A model generated the notes under the pieces. The model had not been told where the DNA came from. It searched no databases and was given only the letters and a program-made list of their open reading frames with translations. 35,210 bases of DNA from contig JANWLI010000055.1 of NCBI GenBank assembly GCA_025450975.1, forward strand, positions 1-35,210. The letters run 5' to 3'. The stretch comes from Candidatus Kapaibacterium sp. (GTDB taxonomy: Bacteria; Bacteroidota; Ignavibacteria; Palsa-1295). The position numbers and the translations under genes are program-made. Below, one piece after another: positions 15,724-27,000 of this stretch; the first letter of the stretch is position 1, and each line of letters starts with the position of its first letter.

Positions 15724-16317
15724 CTATTTTATCGGGATTTTTGGATTGCCAAACGTCATGCACAGATGGAGAAACAAATCCGACTGAATGCTATTCACAT
15801 TTCCGCCGACGGCGAAACCCAGACCGATCCTTGATGTTTCGGTAAACCACGAAAAGATCTGCCATTGCCAGGGCATCCCGATGGTGCCTGAAGTCTCGGA
15901 CCCGTAAACATCGACCATATAAGAACCATAGTCTTGCTGGCCTCTCAGTATTCGCTTTTTTATCCGAATATAGGATAAGCCCACAGATAAGTTAAGAAAC
16001 CACAGGTTATTATCAATCGTGAAGCCATACATAGCCCCTATGTCTATGAATGCCGGACGTGGAAATCGGACCATATTATCGCCAATACCAGATGCAAACC
16101 TGCCTGTTATGAGATGATGTGATAATTTGCGTGAGAAGCTTGCCTGGAACGTGACAAAGTGATCATCGTAGTTTGTCACGTAACCGGCGCCAAATCCTAC
16201 GGTAACCCACCATTTATTTATTATCGTGTCTCGACCTGAAGCGGATACGCTATCAACGATCTGACTTTGAAGGGTCAGCGGGAAAGCGATACAGAGGATG
16301 AGAGCATATCGAAGCAT
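15724..16317 (-). CDS. Putative outer-membrane beta-barrel protein (hypothetical)
   Basis: 197 aa with signal peptide MLRYALILCIAFPLTLQSQ and alternating hydrophobic/aromatic beta-strand patterns (WWVTVGFGAGYV, FLNLSVGLSYIRI, IGLGFAVGGNV). Lies in an AT-rich patch. Confidence 0.45.
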   Translation of the reverse strand: MLRYALILCIAFPLTLQSQIVDSVSASGRDTIINKWWVTVGFGAGYVTNYDDHFVTFQASFSRKLSHHLITGRFASGIGDNMVRFPRPAFIDIGAMYGFTIDNNLWFLNLSVGLSYIRIKKRILRGQQDYGSYMVDVYGSETSGTIGMPWQWQIFSWFTETSRIGLGFAVGGNVNSIQSDLFLHLCMTFGNPKIPIK

Positions 16318-16337
16318 AGCGATTCAAACTTACAACA

Positions 16338-16883
16338 TTATGTACTAAAAAAAACTGTAGCCGAGACTGAGTCCGGCATTGTGTCGATATTCATTAAAGG
16401 TAAAGAATGGTGTATATCCCAGACGGAAGGTAAACCCACCGAAGTACGGCTGTATCTCACTCCTAAAAATACCGTGCCTTTCACCGGTGCACATGAGGTT
16501 GGCAATACCGTCGTGCCACAATCATCTCTTTTCAGTTCGGTTACTGTTCCAAGACCAACTTCAATATGTGATTGCTCCTTGAAAAACAGGTAATTGACCA
16601 TGGTGACGAGCACACCAAAAGTCTTCGGTCCGTTTTCTGCGTATGCTCCATAACCTGCTTTAAACGAAAGATGGGAAAACAGACGAACATCCAGGTTATA
16701 GGATAGCTGAACGCCGTTTCCGGCCAACTCGAAGTAAAGCGCGACATAATCGGTCTTTTTGCGACCCGGGTTTTCAAACAGCGTGTCGGAAGATTTTGGA
16801 GTGTGGACAGTCTTGGCAGAATCGGTCTGCGCGAATGCGGGATGGAAACTGATGACACAAAGGAGGAGTGTGAAGCGTAACAT
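16338..16883 (-). CDS. Putative outer-membrane beta-barrel protein with an apparent frameshift in the last ~40 codons
   Basis: Signal peptide MLRFTLLLCVISFHPAFAQ (ATG at 16883; track start is TTG at 16892). The annotated frame ends in non-barrel sequence. An alternative reverse frame (16345..16521) ends QPYFGGFTFRLGYTPFFTFNEYRHNAGLSLGYSFF-stop, a classical beta-barrel C-terminal signal. Confidence 0.5.
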   Translation of the reverse strand: MLRFTLLLCVISFHPAFAQTDSAKTVHTPKSSDTLFENPGRKKTDYVALYFELAGNGVQLSYNLDVRLFSHLSFKAGYGAYAENGPKTFGVLVTMVNYLFFKEQSHIEVGLGTVTELKRDDCGTTVLPTSCAPVKGTVFLGVRYSRTSVGLPSVWDIHHSLPLMNIDTMPDSVSATVFFST

Positions 16884-16947
16884 CCGGCTCAAAGTTACGA
16901 TAAATCTATTCTAAATGGTATCTTTGTACATTACAGAACACATCCTC

Positions 16948-18342
16948 ATGAAGTACCTAGTCATCCTACTCATTCTCGCAGGTGCGGCCCTTCCGGTCCT
17001 TGCTCAGGAAGTACAAGTGCCGTTCGATTCTGCCGGTAAGATCGAAGTGATTACGCGTGAGCTGGAAAAAAGCTATCGGCTGTTTCCGGAAATTACAAAT
17101 TTTCGCGATGCGATCCTGATTATGCGGCCCGATAGTACGTATCACATTGAGATCACGTACATCGAAGATGGGCAGATCAAGCGCATCAAACAGGATAAGA
17201 GCCAGGCGCAGATCGCCGTGTTGCGTCAGCGACTAACCGAACCGACATTCGACACACCTGCGCCGGCGAAACCTGGTGCGGGTCTCGATCAAACAGCGCG
17301 AACAAAGTTCATTACAGCTACGACGCTGCTGGCAACCTTTGCTTATGGGCCGCTCATTATCAGCTCACTCGATGGTGCCGGGGGCGGAGCTATTGCAGGA
17401 TTGGAATTGATCATTGGCGGCGCAGGATTTTTGCTTCCCTTGCTTGCGACCGAAGACCGCTCCGTCACACAAGCGGAAGCCTCGCTTGCTATCGGCGGCG
17501 CTGTTCTCGGCATTGGCCATGGCATGCTGCTCTCCTCACTGATCACCAATGGCGATGTCGGCAACGAATTCGGTATCATTGCCACTACGATGAGTGTTGG
17601 CGAAATGATCGCAGGCTATAACATCGCCCACGCAAATAATTTTAACGCCGGCAAATCCGACATTATCGTAACATACGGCCTTTATGGTATGGGGCAAGGT
17701 GCGCTGCTGCCTATAGTCGCTGCGGGGGATATTGACAATATTTCGAGCTCATGGGTGACCGGCTCGGCACTTGCCTTTTCAGCGCTTGGCTATTTCGCCG
17801 GCAATGCACTTTCAAATGCAACTCGCTATACGCGCGGCGATGCAACCGTTGCATCGACGACAGGCGGATTTGCGACACTGTGTATGCTTGGATTAGTGCT
17901 TCCGGCCCTGGAGAACTCAGGGGACGAAGGACTCCAGATCGCTGCTGCCTCGGCAATGGCAGGAAATATTGCCGGACTCTGGCTCGGTCATTATTTGGCC
18001 GAGAAAAAAGATCTTTCGGAGGACGAAGGTAATTACATCTCGCTCGGCACGTTTGCCGGATGTCTGATCGGTTCGGGCGTCGGGTTGATCCTAGCAACGG
18101 ATTTGGACAACATTACCGATATCTACCAATTCACGATCCCCGCGGTGCTTGGCACTGCCGGTGGCTTTGCGATCTCCTACCATGTCTTTGGCAAAGGTTC
18201 TGGCAGAGACGAGGGGTCCAATTGGGATGTGAACTTCAATCCCGGCGCGCTGATCGGCGGCTTAACTGAACAGCCACGATTGACCGCAGATGGAAGACCG
18301 CCACGGGTTTCTCCGGCGCTATCGGTGCAGTATCAGTGGTAA
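16948..18342 (+). CDS. Hypothetical polytopic membrane protein (Gly/Ala-rich transmembrane segments)
   Basis: Track ORF starts at 16915. The ATG at 16948 gives the leader MKYLVILLILAGAALPVLAQ. A ~110-aa soluble N-terminal region is followed by many Gly/Ala-rich hydrophobic segments (GGGAIAGLELIIGGAGFLLPLLA, LAIGGAVLGIGHGMLLSSLI and others). A strong terminator follows. Confidence 0.55.
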   Translation: MKYLVILLILAGAALPVLAQEVQVPFDSAGKIEVITRELEKSYRLFPEITNFRDAILIMRPDSTYHIEITYIEDGQIKRIKQDKSQAQIAVLRQRLTEPTFDTPAPAKPGAGLDQTARTKFITATTLLATFAYGPLIISSLDGAGGGAIAGLELIIGGAGFLLPLLATEDRSVTQAEASLAIGGAVLGIGHGMLLSSLITNGDVGNEFGIIATTMSVGEMIAGYNIAHANNFNAGKSDIIVTYGLYGMGQGALLPIVAAGDIDNISSSWVTGSALAFSALGYFAGNALSNATRYTRGDATVASTTGGFATLCMLGLVLPALENSGDEGLQIAAASAMAGNIAGLWLGHYLAEKKDLSEDEGNYISLGTFAGCLIGSGVGLILATDLDNITDIYQFTIPAVLGTAGGFAISYHVFGKGSGRDEGSNWDVNFNPGALIGGLTEQPRLTADGRPPRVSPALSVQYQW

Positions 18343-18361
18343 CGAATTTGATTTAAAGCTT

Positions 18362-18405
18362 CAGGTAGGGGCACTCCATGCAGTGCCCCTACCTGTTTTG
18401 TTTTT
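18362..18405 (+). terminator. Rho-independent terminator
   Basis: Perfect 14-bp stem caggtaggggcact / agtgcccctacctg with loop ccatgc, then ttttgttttt. Confidence 0.9.
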
Positions 18406-18444
18406 GATTCTTCGCTTCGCTCATTCTGCCGTAAATTTGCAGCC

Positions 18445-20229
<1,785 letters not shown>

Positions 20230-20238
<9 letters not shown>

Positions 20239-20430
20239 GATTTAAGATGTAAGATGTAAGAGTGGGATGCCGCGTACGGGAGTGCGCGGATTTTTTGTGA
20301 TGTAACAGTAAAGTGGGACGTTGTCGCTTCGCACTCATGCATCATAGTTTTGTGACGATGATTAGCAAATGTATCTGATAGCGCACATTCCGACGTTAAG
20401 TTAAATCTTACATCTTAAATCTTACATCTT
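20230..20430. repeat. Perfect 26-bp inverted repeat made of heptamer units, enclosing 149 bp
   Basis: The left arm aagatgtaagatttaagatgtaagat (20230-20255) includes the carB stop codon. The right arm atcttacatcttaaatcttacatctt (20405-20430) is its exact reverse complement. The unit is TAAGATK with a 7-nt period. Confidence 0.9.
20270..20297 (+). terminator. Probable carB terminator
   Basis: ccgcgtac / gtgcgcgg stem (8 bp including one G-U pair), loop ggga, then tttttt. Lies inside the inverted-repeat element. Confidence 0.6.
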
Positions 20431-20448
20431 TGCGCGTAGCGCTTTAAA

Positions 20449-20478
20449 TAAAAAAAAGGGGACCCGGAAGTAGTCCCC
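20449..20478 (-). terminator. Rho-independent terminator of the 20506..20931 gene
   Basis: On the minus strand: ggggac tacttccgg gtcccc followed by tttttttt. Confidence 0.65.
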
Positions 20479-20505
20479 TTCTTCTACAGAACTAAGACAA
20501 AAAAT

Positions 20506-20931
20506 TTACTTTACGACGGTGACCTTATCGGCTACCTGAACGCCGCCTTCGTACTTCGAGACGACGTAGTACATGCCGGGCCGGACTTTCTCAGAATCCA
20601 CCTTATAGGTATTGAGTCCGCTGCGTACTTTCCCTGCATGCAGGATAGCAATAACGTCACCACGTGAATTCAGCAATGTGACCTCGGCATAACCACTTTT
20701 CGCCGATACCATTTCAACGTTGAGCTTCTTAGATGTGCCTGGCACAATTTTGACCGTAAACGAGAGATCGTTTGTGCTGTCTGTGGCAGTACGTTCAGGT
20801 GCTGATTGCTTGGTGTCGTTTGATACATTGGCAGAAGTGTCGGAATTAGTAACACGAGCGGCCTGGGGCTGCGCGAAGGCGGCTCCGGCCACGAAAATCA
20901 CTAAAAACGCTATGTAAATTGCTCTACCCAC
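20506..20931 (-). CDS. Small secreted protein consisting of little more than a signal peptide and a T9SS C-terminal sorting domain
   Basis: 141 aa. Leader MGRAIYIAFLVIFVAGAAFAQ, then a ~35-aa low-complexity Ser/Thr/Asn linker. The rest is a sorting-domain-like beta sandwich (FTVKIVPG...AEVTLLNSRGDVIAIL...GLNTYKVD...PGMYYVVSKYEGGVQVADKVTVVK). Confidence 0.6.
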   Translation of the reverse strand: MGRAIYIAFLVIFVAGAAFAQPQAARVTNSDTSANVSNDTKQSAPERTATDSTNDLSFTVKIVPGTSKKLNVEMVSAKSGYAEVTLLNSRGDVIAILHAGKVRSGLNTYKVDSEKVRPGMYYVVSKYEGGVQVADKVTVVK

Positions 20932-21197
20932 TTTCTACCACTATTAACTCGTTTTTCAAGTAAAAGTTACACTCTCTGACTGAATTGACTAAATCGTAAT
21001 GGTGAGGAAATGTCGGAAACGACCCCCTGGCGGTGGTCTCTTAGCAATGGGCAAATCGATAAGAAAATGACACCATTGATATAACGTTTGGCAGGCAAGC
21101 CCCGTGACGGAGCGCATTATTACCTTCACGTTAAGTGCTTTATTTTGACGTATTTCCAAACTTTATTGAGCTTTCCGGTGGTTCTTGAATTCCTGCG

Positions 21198-22253
21198 ATG
21201 CCACTACTAAACGAATACGATTACGAGCTTCCCGACGAGCTTATTGCACGCTATCCTGCCGAGCGGCGGGAGGGGTCGCGGTTGCTGGTGGTTGGGCGGT
21301 CGGGCGTTCGGACGGACGGGCGTTCGGGGTTTGAGGATCGGAGGTTTACCGATCTTCCAGGGTATTTGCAGGCGGGTGATGTGCTGGTACTCAACGAGAC
21401 AAAGGTGATCCCTGCCCGGCTCGAAGGTACGAGAGAGTCTACCGGCGCAAAGGTCGAGATCTTTCTCCTGCATCGTCAGGCTGATCGGACCGATACGTGG
21501 CATGTGCTGGCTGCGCCGGCAAAGAAGGTAAAGACGGGCGAGACGATCCGGATCAATGATGAGCTTAGCTGTGAAGTCGTCGACGAGTTAGCCGAAGGCG
21601 AACGGATCGTTCGATTTGTATCGAGCGGCGATCTAGAAGCTGCGATCGAGCGCGCGGGCTCGATGCCAATACCTCCCTACCTCAAGCGCGAAAGCGATGC
21701 GACCGATCGCGAACGGTACCAGACGATCTTCGCGCGCGTACCTGGCGCCGTCGCTGCGCCAACGGCAAGTCTGCATTTTACCGACGAGCTCTTACGCGAG
21801 ATCGAAGCGAAGGGCATACGCATTGCACGTGTCGTACTGCATGTCGGTCTTGGGACGTTTCGTCCGGTTGAAGTTGAAGATGTGACGCAGCATAAGATGC
21901 ATGCGGAGTACTATGAAGTCTCGGAGGAAGCTTCGATAATCATTAACAATGCGCGAGCTGCAGACGGCAGGATCATCGCTGCGGGCACGACAGCTGCGCG
22001 GACACTGGAGACTGTTGCCGATGCTGACGGCACCGTACATCCGGGTAGTGGCGAGACCGCTATCTTTATCTATCCACCCTACAAGTTCAAGGCTGTTGAT
22101 GCGCTGGTGACGAACTTCCACCAGCCAAAGTCTACCTTACTGATGATGATCAGCGCGTTTGCGGGTGCGGAGAATATTCGTGAAGCCTATCAGCATGCGA
22201 TACGGGAGCGGTATCGGTTCTTAAGTTACGGCGATGCGATGCTGATTGTCTGA
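21198..22253 (+). CDS. queA: S-adenosylmethionine:tRNA ribosyltransferase-isomerase
   Basis: 351 aa. YDYELPDELIARYPAERREGSRLLVV, VLNETKVIPARL, MPIPPYLKRE..D.ERYQT.FA...GAVAAPTASLHFT, HVGLGTFRPV and FHQPKSTLLMMISAF are canonical QueA blocks. Confidence 0.92.
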   Translation: MPLLNEYDYELPDELIARYPAERREGSRLLVVGRSGVRTDGRSGFEDRRFTDLPGYLQAGDVLVLNETKVIPARLEGTRESTGAKVEIFLLHRQADRTDTWHVLAAPAKKVKTGETIRINDELSCEVVDELAEGERIVRFVSSGDLEAAIERAGSMPIPPYLKRESDATDRERYQTIFARVPGAVAAPTASLHFTDELLREIEAKGIRIARVVLHVGLGTFRPVEVEDVTQHKMHAEYYEVSEEASIIINNARAADGRIIAAGTTAARTLETVADADGTVHPGSGETAIFIYPPYKFKAVDALVTNFHQPKSTLLMMISAFAGAENIREAYQHAIRERYRFLSYGDAMLIV

Positions 22254-22256
22254 ACT

Positions 22257-22290
22257 GTGATTAGTGGGATTAAAGGGATTTGGGGGGATT
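22257..22290. repeat. G-rich short-period array (GGGATT-containing units, 9-10-nt spacing)
   Basis: gtgattagtgggattaaagggatttggggggatt lies immediately after the queA stop. gatt recurs at 22259, 22268, 22277 and 22287. Confidence 0.6.
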
Positions 22291-22370
22291 GTAACGCTTG
22301 GAGGTGTTCTGCAATGAACCGCATGGCGCAACATAAACTATTACGCAGGCTAAAGCCTGCGGCTATCGCC

Positions 22371-22405
22371 ATAATTCGTAATTCGTAAATCGTAATTCAT
22401 AATTT
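22371..22405. repeat. Tandem heptamer array (AATTCGT-like x4)
   Basis: ataattcgtaattcgtaaatcgtaattcataattt. cgt/cat recurs every 7 nt (22377, 22384, 22391, 22398). Confidence 0.8.
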
Positions 22406-22443
22406 AAAATAAAAAAGGCGGCCGATCTTCCGAATCGTCCGCC
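22405..22443 (-). terminator. Rho-independent terminator of the 22476..23138 gene
   Basis: On the minus strand: stem ggcggacgat / atcggccgcc (one mismatch), followed by a U-run (+ strand aaaataaaaaa). Confidence 0.65.
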
Positions 22444-22475
22444 CTCTCTGTTGAAGAGATAGCATGACATGAGGG

Positions 22476-23138
22476 CTACCTCACAACCGTCATGAGCCTC
22501 CGTTCGAGGGGCATTCCTGGCACTTGCAGGAACACCGGGTACGTACCGGACGGCATGTCATTCAACGTAACCGTTACGTTGTGCCAGCCGACCGTCGGGC
22601 TCGACGCTTCGAAAAGCGTCTGAATTTCGCTGCCCAACATGTCATAGAGTACCAGGCGAGCGCCGGCGTACTCATTGTCAAGATAGAAACGAAATGTGGA
22701 TTTCGCTCCGTAAGTTACCGGATTCGGGTAATTTTGTTCGAGCACCAACCCGGAGTTAAACTCCCGATCATTACCTGACGGACTAACATCGGCGGTTTGA
22801 TCGTTCTCGCCGTAGCCGACAAGCAGTGTGCCTTCGACAAACAAGTCTCCTTCATCAACAAAAAGAGAGCTTACGTGCATCGTTTCCCCTGCGGGAATGC
22901 GAATCGAGCTGCCGCCATCAATTATGACATGCACCTTCCTATTTTTCGCATCGCCAGGAAACGCGTTGTGTGTGGGTGCGAGCCAGATGCCACTCGCATT
23001 TACTTTCCAATTCTCCGAAGATGTCCAAAGCCCGCTACCGGATGTACGGAACGTCGTCTCATTTGTTTGGGCAATCAACGGGCTCACAAGTGACATAAAT
23101 GTCACTGCGGCAAAACCAAGTATGAGCCGTTTTATCAT
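22476..23138 (-). CDS. Hypothetical secreted protein with a T9SS C-terminal sorting domain
   Basis: Leader MIKRLILGFAAVTFMSLVSPLIAQ. The tail LEQNYPNPVTYGAKSTFRFYLDNEY...LVLYDMLGSEIQTLF...GTYPVFLQV...RRLMTVVR is T9SS-sorting-domain-like. Confidence 0.6.
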   Translation of the reverse strand: MIKRLILGFAAVTFMSLVSPLIAQTNETTFRTSGSGLWTSSENWKVNASGIWLAPTHNAFPGDAKNRKVHVIIDGGSSIRIPAGETMHVSSLFVDEGDLFVEGTLLVGYGENDQTADVSPSGNDREFNSGLVLEQNYPNPVTYGAKSTFRFYLDNEYAGARLVLYDMLGSEIQTLFEASSPTVGWHNVTVTLNDMPSGTYPVFLQVPGMPLERRLMTVVR

Positions 23139-23434
23139 TTTCTTCCTATATGTAACATGGATGAGGGGTCAGCAAATATAAGGGTAAATCCTGTAAATAC
23201 AACATTTCCACTGATTAATTTTTTAAGTTTTCCCTAACGTATTAACATCTAAGGGATTAGTATGTGGATTTCTTACCCACATTCCACCACATCCCTTATT
23301 TCCTCTCTACTTCGCCGCTCAATCCTGTCGGAATTTGATGAATAAGTATTCAGCATTGTGACATTAAACAATTTTGACTCGTAGAACTCTACTAATACAA
23401 AGAGACCAATTGTATCAACTGAAAGGGAAAAGAA

Positions 23435-23965
23435 ATGAAAGCAATTATTCGCACCGCAGTGATCTTCAGCCTGATGGCCATCGGCATCGGCGCCTTTGCT
23501 CATGAAGGAAAAGGCAAAGGAAGAGGCAATGCCCAAAACATGGGCAAGCATATCGAGAAGATCAAAACAGAGCTTGGACTGACCGAAGCGCAGTCAGCGC
23601 AGATCCGGTCGATCATCGAATCGTCGAAAGCCGAAATGAAGGCAGACGTCGAAGCGATGAAGAGCGCCGACACGAAGGACGAAAAAGCCGCAGCAAAAGC
23701 CGAACTGAAGAAAGATCAGCAGGCGATGCGCGAGAGAATCCTGTCGGTCTTAACACCGGAGCAGCGTGCTAAAGCTGAAAACATGCGCGGCCTCTTCAAA
23801 GAGAAGATGAAAGGTAAGCGCGGCAACAAGGGCGGCAAGCATCGTGGCGACGTCGATGACGACGGCACGGCACCGGCACCTTCCGGCGGCACCCCGAAGT
23901 CGACTCCGCCAAGCGGCGGCACCGACAAATCGAGTAGTGGTTCACAGGGAAAGACAAAGATCTAA
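23435..23965 (+). CDS. Spy/CpxP-family periplasmic chaperone-like protein (LTxxQ motifs)
   Basis: Leader MKAIIRTAVIFSLMAIGIGAFA. Two LTxxQ motifs (LTEAQSAQI, LTPEQRAKA) sit in Lys/Glu-rich helical sequence, and the C-terminal tail is basic and Gly/Ser-rich. Confidence 0.6.
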   Translation: MKAIIRTAVIFSLMAIGIGAFAHEGKGKGRGNAQNMGKHIEKIKTELGLTEAQSAQIRSIIESSKAEMKADVEAMKSADTKDEKAAAKAELKKDQQAMRERILSVLTPEQRAKAENMRGLFKEKMKGKRGNKGGKHRGDVDDDGTAPAPSGGTPKSTPPSGGTDKSSSGSQGKTKI

Positions 23966-24044
23966 CGACAGGGAAGATAACCGTTAAGGGACAAGTAAAA
24001 GACAAAGAACTAAGAAGAGAAACATCCTCCCAAAGTGAATGAAG

Positions 24045-24069
24045 AACCCGGCCTATGCCGGGTTTTTTT
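24045..24069 (+). terminator. Rho-independent terminator (shared convergent junction)
   Basis: aacccggc ctat gccgggtt followed by tttttt. Overlaps the stop codon (24068-24070) of the convergent giant gene. Confidence 0.75.
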
Positions 24070-27000
24070 ATTGGCGAATCAGGTGCAGCACAGAGGTGCC
24101 ACGCATGGTCTCGATCCGAAGCATGTAGGCGCCGCTTGCGATATGCTCAAGGGATAGCGTTTGCGGCCTTCCCTTTCCGAGCGTGCATTGTCTGGTAAGA
24201 ACGACCTTGCCAAAGACATCGAAAAGTTGTATCTGGGCCTCTACATCATCATCCGAAGAGATGATTACTTTGTTATCGGCAGGATTCGGATGAATAGTAA
24301 ACTTGGGGCGCTCGCCGAGATGCATGAACCGGGAGATGATCTCTGCGCCGCATCCCGCAGGTGGTGTGATGCTACTTATGCCGACAACGGGCATACTATA
24401 CCTGCAGAATGAATTGACCCATGCCGAGTCGAAGGTAACAAGACGATCGCCGACAGAGTCAACGAAAACATTGAAGTACGCATAGCCGAGCAGTGGATTT
24501 CCCTGTGTATACTGCCCCTTGATCTTTGTACGACCTTTCCATTGGCTGTTTGGGATGTCGAGCGAAGTACCGGTTTCGCTGAACGAGCCAATGTAGTCGA
24601 GCTGCGGATCGTAGGTAATGACCAGTTCGACCATCTCATCGGTGACGAGGCCGCGGACGGTGATCGGCAATCGTACCGTGCCGCCAATTGTATCGGCAAT
24701 AACATTTGTCGATTCGAACGAGAGCGGCAACAGTGGATGCGAGCTACCAAGGAGACGTATCGTATCCCGTTGGCCATTCGAGCCTTCGACGATCAATATA
24801 GCATCATGCTCATGGCTAAGATCTGTTGAAAATGCAACTTCGATCAGATCGGGAGCTACGCGCACGATGCGATACCGAGCACTATCCGGACCGACAATGC
24901 GGAGTTGATCTAGTGAGGGGAATACACAACCGGTACGTGCGATCGAGATACTACGGAAAATTGTGTCGCACCGAACGGTGTCTAGCCGGAAGAGCTCGGT
25001 TGTTGAATACTGCAGCGTTCCGGCCGGGATATCTGCAGCACCGAAGAGCTCGATCGTATCGCGTTGACCATTTGTCCCTTCGATAACGATGCGTCCGGAA
25101 TGCTCGCCGCCTCTTGTCGAAGTGAAGGAAACGAAGATCGAATCGCTTGTCACATTTTCAAGCGTATAGCTTGCACTATCCGGACCGGAAATATGCAGTG
25201 AGTCGATCTGCGGCAAGATGCATCCTAGTCTCTTAATACTGATGCTGCGAAAAACCGTATCTGAACAATCGATCGTATCGGTACGGAAAAGATCGTGCGT
25301 GGAGTATTCGAGCGAGCCGGGTGGAAATGTAGCTTCACCAAACAAGTCTATTGTATCGATCTGGCCGTTCGTCGCTTCAACGATGAGATATCCTTCATGC
25401 GAGCGTAGATGCGTGCCGGCAAACGAGATATGAATTGAATCTCCGGACGAACCTATCACCTGATAACTTGCACTGTCCGGACCGATGATCTTTATCATGC
25501 TGATGTCCGGAGGAATACAGCCAACTCGTTTAAGCACGATAGCACGATATAGCGTATCATCACAATCAACTGTGTCGGTACCGAAGAGCTCTCGTGGTGT
25601 ATAGGAAATACTATCCGGAGGCAGAACTGCCGTTCCTGATAGCAGGATCGTATCGCGCTGACCGTTCGTGCCTTCGACAATGATAAATCCCTGATGATCG
25701 CGCTCTGTATTCGATGAGAAGGAAATTCGAATCGAATCAGCGTTGTATCCTGCGAGATGGTAGTTGCTACTATCTGAGCCACCGATCGTAATCGATTTAA
25801 TCCCCGGCAACACACAACCCAAACGCTGGAGCGTGATCGTCCGAAGGAGTGTGTCGTTACATCCGACTGTATCGGCTTGAAATAAATTGCGTGTCGAGTA
25901 CGTGATCGTATCCGGTGGAACGATCGCATTGCCAAAGAGCCTGATCGTATCTCGTTGGACATTCGAACCTTCAATAATGACAAAGCCAGTGTGGCTGCCC
26001 AGCTTATCAGTTGAAAATGCGATGCTGATCGTGTCGTTCGATGCGCCGATGAGCTTGTAGCGTGCGCTGTCCGGGCCGGTGATCTTAATCGATTTTACCG
26101 TCGGCCGCAGACAACCAAGACGAGACACGACAACTGTCCGAACGAGTGTGTCATCACAGTGCAGAGTATCTGTCTTGAATAACTCTTGTGGGGAGTATCG
26201 GAGAGTGTCCGGCTGAACTCTCGACGTACCGAAGAGCTGGATCGTATCGAGCTGACCGTCCGAAGCCTGAATCACCATAAATCCCCGATGCGACCGATTA
26301 AGATCGGAAGCAAATGCGATAGTGATCGAGTCATTATCGTACGCGATAGTATCGTAGCGATACTTATCAGTGCCTAATATCCAGATCTTCAGGATGCCGG
26401 GAGGATTACAAGAAGGCTTTGCAATGTGAATAGTACGCTTAACCGTATCATTGCAGCCCATCGTATCGGTACGAAACAACTCTTGCGCATCGTAGCTGAG
26501 TGTCTTTGGCGTATTGATAAAGCTTCCGCCGGCATTCGTCGTTTTCCAGACACTTCCCTGGTCGGAAAGTGTGAAGACGATATTGTCATTAATGCAGGCG
26601 ATCGCGCGTGCATCGTACTTGCTTGGCGGACCTGCTTGTTGTGTCCAGGTGATTCCCTGATCGGTAGATCGAAGTACGGTATTACTCAGCGTGCCGGCAT
26701 AGAGTGTTCTTTGTGTTCCGGTGATCGAGCCGGAAATATAGGGGATTGTCCGTCCGAACATGGTCTGCCACGTAACACCATCATCGGTTGATTTATAGAT
26801 CTCCGAGATACCATTATCCGGTACGGCCTTATCCTCATTTGCAAGGTAGAGGACGTCGGGAGTGCATGGATCGGCAAAGATCGAAAAGCAATCGCCGTCT
26901 ACAAGACCCGAACGATGGACCCAGTTCAGGCCATCGTCATTGGACACGGCCACCCATCCGTCGGATAGACCGGGACTTTGAAAACTACCACCGAAAACAT

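Noticed and set aside
20932-21197. preQ1 riboswitch upstream of queA
   Set aside because: I saw no match to the short preQ1-I/II cores, and these riboswitches normally control queCDEF or transporter genes rather than queA.
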